This document shows positions 59,743 to 64,000 of a DNA stretch of 64,000 bases, piece after piece (position 1 is the stretch's first letter; each line of letters opens with the position of its first letter). The stretch is from the NCBI GenBank assembly GCA_002696275.1, contig NZRO01000051.1:63704-127703 (forward strand), given 5' to 3'. Made by a program: the position numbers and the translations under genes. The stretch comes from Flavobacteriales bacterium (GTDB taxonomy: Bacteria; Bacteroidota; Bacteroidia; Flavobacteriales; BACL11). The notes below the pieces were generated by a model. That model did not search any database, was not told the DNA's origin, and saw only the letters and a program-made list of their open reading frames with translations.

Positions 59743-60660
59743 ATGAAGATAATAAATAAATTAATATGGTTAATAATGTTGTTTCCTGTTGTTTCTGTAT
59801 CTCAGGTTTTAGAGCCACTTAAAGATCAACCAAATGATATTATTAATGGAGCTTATAAGAAAGAACATAATCAACAAAAAGAAGAGGCATACACATATCC
59901 AGTTATAGATGAAAAAGACATTGTTTGGTCTAGAACTATATGGAGGGAAATTGATTTAAGACAAAAAATTAATCACCATTTTTATTTTCCTGCAATTACG
60001 GATAGAAATCATTTGAACCCAGAGAAAATGAGTTTAATTGATGTTATAATGGAAGCAATTCAGAGTGATATGAGTTATAGAGTGTTTAAAGCAGAGCAGA
60101 ACGCGAAAGCAGGAAATGAGTTTAAATATGGAGAACTTACTATGCAGGAAAAATTAGCTCTTGGAAAAAGTGATGATTTAATTGAAACTAGATTTGATGA
60201 ATATGGAGATCCTGTTTTTGATGAATCTGGAAATGTTGTATATGATACAATTAAAGGAAAGGATTTTGATAGAACAAATGTAAAAAAATGGAAAATAAAA
60301 GAAGAGTGGTTTTTTGATAAGCATAGGTCTAAAATGTCCACAAGAATTATTGGAATGTGCCCAGTAATGGAGATTCCGGATGAGGATTACAGAGAGGAGG
60401 ATATGTTTTGGATTTATTTTCCAGATTACAGAAGCTTACTCGTTCAAACTAAAGTAGCAAATTTCACTAAAAATAATGCACAACAAAGATCTTATTTAGG
60501 AATCTTAGAGAAAAGAATGTTTGGAAGTAGAATTCTTCAGGAATCTAATATAATGAATAGAGCGGTTACAGACTATATGATAGGTCTTGATGCTTTATTA
60601 GAGTCTGATAGAATAAAAGAAGAGATATTTAATATTGAACATGATATGTGGGAATATTAA
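59743..60660 (+). CDS. gldN: Gliding motility/T9SS periplasmic ring protein GldN (PorN)
   Basis: 305 aa from the ATG at 59743 (MKIINKLIWLIMLFPVVSVSQ signal peptide). The ORF-track start at 59725 is TTG. Its position after gldM and its size fit GldN. Confidence 0.7.
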   Translation: MKIINKLIWLIMLFPVVSVSQVLEPLKDQPNDIINGAYKKEHNQQKEEAYTYPVIDEKDIVWSRTIWREIDLRQKINHHFYFPAITDRNHLNPEKMSLIDVIMEAIQSDMSYRVFKAEQNAKAGNEFKYGELTMQEKLALGKSDDLIETRFDEYGDPVFDESGNVVYDTIKGKDFDRTNVKKWKIKEEWFFDKHRSKMSTRIIGMCPVMEIPDEDYREEDMFWIYFPDYRSLLVQTKVANFTKNNAQQRSYLGILEKRMFGSRILQESNIMNRAVTDYMIGLDALLESDRIKEEIFNIEHDMWEY

Positions 60661-60682
60661 TGTTTAAATATAGTTAATTTTT

Positions 60683-60708
60683 AAAAACCCCATTTAAATG
60701 GGGTTTTT
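60683..60708 (+). terminator. Rho-independent terminator after gldN
   Basis: The sequence aaaaaccccatttaaatggggttttt has a ccccat/atgggg stem with a T-run following. Confidence 0.7.
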
Positions 60709-60741
60709 GTTTTATAAAATATATAAATAGATATAGAAAAT

Positions 60742-61596
60742 ATGGATAAAGAACTTAGCTTAGAAAAATTATTCTCTGAAATAATTTTATTTTTTATACG
60801 AAATAAATATCTGATAGCCTCAATTACAATTGCAGGAGTTCTCTCAGTTATTTTATTCCAAAAGTTAAAACCGGCCTTCTTTAAAACAAATGCAATAGCA
60901 ACTTCAGGAATCGCAGCTTACGAGAGGTTTGAAGATGATGATATCTTAAATCAAAGAACAGCTATAAATATGATTAATAATCTCCAATTAGATGTCAGGA
61001 AAGAAGATTTTTACGCTATTTCCAAAAAGTTAAATATTTCTTTCGAGGAATCTGCTGGAATAAAATATATAGAAGCAGAACAAATATTTAGGGAGGATCA
61101 AGATGAAAAGAAACATAACACACCTAAGTTTCAAATAGATTTAATAGTAAGGGATAATTCTTTAATTACTGTTGTTCAGAATGGTTTGATTAGTTATTTT
61201 AATAATAATGAATACATTAAAACTTATCAGAAAATTTACAATGAGACAAATAATGATATAATAAACTCAATTGATGAAGAGATTAAAGAATTAAAATCTT
61301 TAAGAAATACTCAGAACTCTACAATTGATTTTAGTACACATACTATTCTGTCCTCTAGAGATGAGATGGACATTCAAAATCAGATTGTAGATTTAAAACA
61401 TAAAAAATCAATAATAATAACAAATAATGTAATGTTAAAACCAATTACATTTGTAGAAGATTTTTCATATACAACAATTGAAGAGAGAGAAGTAATTGTT
61501 TGGGGTTCTGCAGTTGGGTTTTTGTCTTTTATATTGTCTATTATTATTTCGATTATTTTGGAAATTAAACGAAAAGCATTAAAACAAGAAAGTTAA
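60742..61596 (+). CDS. Wzz-like polysaccharide co-polymerase (chain-length determinant topology), no kinase domain
   Basis: 284 aa. TM1 lies near the N-terminus (KYLIASITIAGVLSVILF). A coiled periplasmic region follows, and TM2 is at the C-terminus (VWGSAVGFLSFILSIIISIIL). Confidence 0.5.
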   Translation: MDKELSLEKLFSEIILFFIRNKYLIASITIAGVLSVILFQKLKPAFFKTNAIATSGIAAYERFEDDDILNQRTAINMINNLQLDVRKEDFYAISKKLNISFEESAGIKYIEAEQIFREDQDEKKHNTPKFQIDLIVRDNSLITVVQNGLISYFNNNEYIKTYQKIYNETNNDIINSIDEEIKELKSLRNTQNSTIDFSTHTILSSRDEMDIQNQIVDLKHKKSIIITNNVMLKPITFVEDFSYTTIEEREVIVWGSAVGFLSFILSIIISIILEIKRKALKQES

Positions 61597-62916
61597 ATGA
61601 AAGTAGGAGTTATTGGTTCTGGTTATGTTGGTCTAGTGGCAGCGGCATGTTTTGCAGAGATGGGCAATAAAGTAATCTGCGTAGATGTAGATGATAAGAA
61701 AATTAGTGACTTAAAATTAGGTAAGGTCCCTATCTATGAGCCAGGTATAGAGACTATTGTATTTGACAATCTGAAGAAAGAAACTTTATTTTTTACTACT
61801 AATATTAAAGAAGCTTTAGATGAATCTAATATTGTTTTCATTGCAGTTGGTACTCCTATGGGAGATGATGGAAGCGCAGATCTAAAATATGTTTTAAAGG
61901 TTGCGGAAGATATAGGAAATAATATGTCTCACCATTTAATTGTCGTTGATAAAAGTACTGTTCCTGTAGGAACAGCAGATTTGGTTAGAGACAAAATACA
62001 AGAATCATTAAATAATAGAGATTCTGATTTAAGTTTTGATGTTGTGTCTAATCCTGAGTTTTTAAAAGAAGGAGCAGCTATTGATGATTTTATGAGACCT
62101 GATAGAGTAGTTGTTGGAGCAGATAATGAAGATTCCTTAGAAGCTATGAGACAATTATATGCTCCTTTTACATTTAATCATGATAGATTTATTGGAATGG
62201 ATATTCGTTCTGCTGAAATGACTAAATATGCGGCAAATGCTATGTTAGCAACAAAAATTTCATTTATAAATGAGATGGCTAATATTTGTGAGCATGTTGG
62301 TGCGGACATTAATCAAGTAAGAATTGGTATTGGAAGTGATAAAAGAATTGGTTATCAATTTATTTATCCAGGTTGTGGATATGGTGGTAGCTGTTTCCCA
62401 AAAGATGTTAAGGCTTTAATAAATATAGCTGATAATAGTGGGTATAAGGCAGAATTAATTTCATCTGTTGAAAAAGTTAATAATAGACAGAAAAATATTT
62501 TATTCAAGAAAATTGTTGATAGATTTGGTACGGATTTAAAAGATATGAAGTTTGCCGTTTGGGGACTTTCATTTAAACCAGGTACGGATGATATGAGAGA
62601 AGCTCCATCTATTAACCTTATCAAATCTATTACAGAAAGTGGAGGTAAAGTTGCAGCTTATGATCCTAAAGCAATAGATCAGGCAAAGTTTTATCTAGAA
62701 GCTGTAGATATTGAATATCATTCTGATAAATATTCTGTTTTAAAAAGTGTAGATGCAGTAATACTTGTTACTGAATGGAAAGAGTTTAGATCACCTGACT
62801 TTTATAAAATGTCTCAGTTAATGAAGTCAAAAGTTTTAATCGATGGAAGAAATCAATTCTCTTCAGATCAAATTAAAATACATGGATTTGAGTATTATCA
62901 AATTGGTGTAAAGTAA
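61597..62916 (+). CDS. ugd: UDP-glucose 6-dehydrogenase
   Basis: 439 aa. It has the Rossmann motif VIGSGYVGL and the catalytic Cys in GYGGSCFPKDV. Confidence 0.9.
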   Translation: MKVGVIGSGYVGLVAAACFAEMGNKVICVDVDDKKISDLKLGKVPIYEPGIETIVFDNLKKETLFFTTNIKEALDESNIVFIAVGTPMGDDGSADLKYVLKVAEDIGNNMSHHLIVVDKSTVPVGTADLVRDKIQESLNNRDSDLSFDVVSNPEFLKEGAAIDDFMRPDRVVVGADNEDSLEAMRQLYAPFTFNHDRFIGMDIRSAEMTKYAANAMLATKISFINEMANICEHVGADINQVRIGIGSDKRIGYQFIYPGCGYGGSCFPKDVKALINIADNSGYKAELISSVEKVNNRQKNILFKKIVDRFGTDLKDMKFAVWGLSFKPGTDDMREAPSINLIKSITESGGKVAAYDPKAIDQAKFYLEAVDIEYHSDKYSVLKSVDAVILVTEWKEFRSPDFYKMSQLMKSKVLIDGRNQFSSDQIKIHGFEYYQIGVK

Positions 62917-62920
62917 TATC

Positions 62921-64000
62921 ATGAAATTCCGAAAAGCCCTTAAGTCTGATTCGGTAAAAGATTTTTTAAGTTTATTTTTTTCCAATATTCTTCAGAAAAT
63001 ATTTGGTTTAGTAAGAGAGCCCGTAGTTGCATTCTTTTTTGGTTCCTCTTTACTATATGCAAATTATTTATTACTTAGAACAATTGCAGATTTCTTTTCT
63101 CAATTTACTGTAGGAAATGCTTTAAAAGCAAATTTACTTCCAAAATTTACAAAAGTATTTGAGAAATATCATGATGTTTCTTTTAAAAAAATAAAAATTT
63201 TTTCAAAAAAGACTATGATATTATTGTTTATCTTAAGTCAGATTATACAGTTTATAATTATTTGGTATTTAGATTGTGATTATACAACTAAATTAAAATT
63301 AGTCATAGTGTCTATTTTACTTAGTATAAGTATTTGTTTTAACTTTTTAAATACAATTTATTTAACAATAATGCAGGCTGAAGCAAAATTCTATTCTTAT
63401 TCATTAGCAACAACACTAAATTCTTTCTTAGTTGCAGTATTTATATATCCATTAACCTTCTTTTTTAAGGTATTTGGTTTAGTGGTTAGTAGATTAATAG
63501 GGATTCTCTCTTTAACAATTGTTTACGTAATTCCTATGAATAAAAAGAAAGATGGATATGAGATTCCGATCTCTAGAGAAGATTTAAATTTTCCAACTTT
63601 AATACTAGGGAATTTTGCAAATATCATTATTATTTCATCTCGTCTAGTTTCTGGCTTAGATGGGGGAGTCTCTATTACATATTATACATATTCCGTCTTT
63701 ATTCTAAATGCCGTATTAACTGCAATTATTGGAAATATTAGCACTCTTCTACTAAGAAAGGTTTCTATAAGAAAGAATAGTATGTTTATGTTATATTCTT
63801 TGTTAATCTCTGTTTTTGTAGGTATTGGATTAATATTTTGTTTAGAATTCTATGGATATGAATTAATAAAGATGATTTATATGAGAGGAAAATTTAATTT
63901 AGAAGATGTTCAGAAAACAACTCAGTATATTCAACATTTAAGCTATGCTTTTGTTTTAATCTTTATTTCTACCACGCTATTTCAGCCATTTTTCTCTTTA
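62921..64000 (+). CDS. MurJ/MviN- or Wzx-like polytopic flippase, N-terminal 360 codons (runs off the window end)
   Basis: My own translation from the ATG at 62921 gives MKFRKALKSDSVKDFLSLFFSNILQKIFGLVREPVVAFFFGSSLLYANYLLLRT... The frame stays open to position 64000. It has multiple TM segments and resembles the MurJ N-terminal pattern (ILGxxRxxxxAxxFG...). Confidence 0.5.
   Translation, partial: MKFRKALKSDSVKDFLSLFFSNILQKIFGLVREPVVAFFFGSSLLYANYLLLRTIADFFSQFTVGNALKANLLPKFTKVFEKYHDVSFKKIKIFSKKTMILLFILSQIIQFIIIWYLDCDYTTKLKLVIVSILLSISICFNFLNTIYLTIMQAEAKFYSYSLATTLNSFLVAVFIYPLTFFFKVFGLVVSRLIGILSLTIVYVIPMNKKKDGYEIPISREDLNFPTLILGNFANIIIISSRLVSGLDGGVSITYYTYSVFILNAVLTAIIGNISTLLLRKVSIRKNSMFMLYSLLISVFVGIGLIFCLEFYGYELIKMIYMRGKFNLEDVQKTTQYIQHLSYAFVLIFISTTLFQPFFSL

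Overview
This is an AT-rich (roughly 30% GC by eye), very compact chromosomal segment of a Bacteroidota genome, almost certainly class Flavobacteriia. Gaps are mostly under 150 nt, and many genes overlap by 1-14 nt (for example TAATG junctions). The taxonomic call rests on Bacteroidetes-type TAnnTTTG -7 promoter boxes, A-rich leaders without Shine-Dalgarno sequences, and gliding-motility/T9SS genes. The content is essentially core housekeeping. In order it holds: an arsC-like gene, prfB and recX; rng, a micro-ORF and hup; mutY-ssb-gldE-gldD; a T9SS-secreted M43 protease; rplU-rpmA-serS; recQ; kdsD-tatC-lptB; purS-pssA; a PorV/PorQ-like barrel coupled to lnt; nadE; gldB-gldC; engB; a complete dcw cluster from mraZ to ftsZ (no murF or ddl); groES-groEL; secG; an lptE-like gene; a sensor-less sigma-54 activator; miaB; topA; an arginase-fold protein; porP-gldK-gldL-gldM-gldN; and the start of a polysaccharide locus (Wzz-like, ugd, MurJ/Wzx-like flippase, cut by the window end). 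I see no rRNA, tRNA, CRISPR, transposase, integrase, phage or defence-island signatures. I did not find a convincing undescribed multi-gene system, and the findings below are modest. The best leads are: (1) a 29-codon Lys/Arg-rich micro-ORF missing from the ORF track, possibly a bS22/mS38-like ribosomal protein; (2) a phased GTGG operator upstream of mraZ; (3) an arginase-fold protein with degenerate metal ligands wedged next to the T9SS motor operon; (4) GldB and GldD homologs that lack a lipobox cysteine; (5) an orphan sigma-54 activator inside an envelope-biogenesis gene string. All functional calls rest on motifs I can read in the translations plus remembered family knowledge and synteny. 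No database searches were run.
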